A stretch of 64,000 nt of DNA. It comes from the human T2T-CHM13v2.0 reference genome, Homo sapiens. Position 1 is the first letter of the stretch; every line of letters starts with the position of its first letter. A program made the translations under genes and the position numbers. The stretch lies in NCBI RefSeq assembly GCF_009914755.1, contig NC_060926.1. One strand, given 5' to 3'. The notes beneath the pieces were generated by a model. That model made no database searches, was not told the origin of the DNA, and worked only from the letters and a program-made list of their open reading frames with translations. Positions 63,249 through 64,000 of this stretch are shown in pieces.

Positions 63249-64000
63249 CTAAATAATAAAATAAAAAAGAAACTTGATACATGCAACAACCTGTATGGGT
63301 ATTAAAAGTATTATACTGAACAGAAAAAGACAATCTCAGAAGTTTACATACTGTATGAGCCCATTTATAAAACCTTCACAAACGCCAAATTATCAAGATG
63401 GAGAATTAGTGGTTACCAGGATCAGTGGGCAATGGTGTATGTGACTATAAGGAGTTAACGTAAGACAGATAAAGATGTTTTGTATCTTGATTGTGGTGGT
63501 ATTTACACACATCTACATATGTGAAAAAACTGCATAGAACCATACATACACATAAATGAGTACATGTCAAATTGATGAAATTTGAAATAAAGTGTGTACA
63601 TCATCTATCTCCTGGTTATGATAATGTATTATAGTTATATAAGAGGTTACCTGTGAGGGGAAAAAGAATGCAAGGTACACAGGACTTGTTTACTCTTTTG
63701 TAACTTCCTTTAATCTATCGTATTTCAAAATATGAAGGTAAATAAATGGGCAAAAGATCTGAATAGCTATTTTACCTAAGAAGATAAATGAATGGCTAAT
63801 AACTTCATGAGATGATCAACATCAGAATGCATTAGAGAAAAGCAAATTAAAGCCACTTCACAACCACTAGAAAATAGCTACAATCAAAGAGTGTGATGAT
63901 ATCCAATCCTGTCAAGGATAAAGAGACATTAACCTTCATATTTTGCTGGTGGGAATATAAAATGATACAGGCTATTTGGAAAACAGTTTGGTGATTTCTT

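Overview
Primate (most likely human) genomic DNA, AT-rich and Alu-dense, spanning the middle of ANAPC1 (APC/C subunit 1) on the minus strand. I mapped 26 consecutive coding exons (12-37 by the usual numbering, 3160 nt, roughly residues 453-1506). All are bounded by GT-AG, and their phases join into one uninterrupted frame matching the APC1 protein as I recall it. The introns hold about 44 Alus, old L1/L2/MIR fragments, DNA transposons (Tigger1, Tigger4a, Tigger5/MER47, MER8, MER58) and a 4.2 kb class I ERV insert. Four observations stand out. (1) The ERV is not a provirus but a 5'-truncated, polyadenylated retrocopy with an 11-nt TSD at a TT/AAGA site, i.e. apparently mobilised by L1. (2) The 95-nt pseudoexon linked to Rothmund-Thomson syndrome type 1 (c.2705-198C>T) lies entirely inside an antisense MER8 DNA transposon. 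(3) A single AluJ has undergone a foldback inverted duplication. (4) There is a compact multi-stem RNA-like fold in intron 17. I see no evidence of a new protein-coding system. Repeat subfamily names come from recalled consensus sequences and need RepeatMasker/Dfam confirmation.
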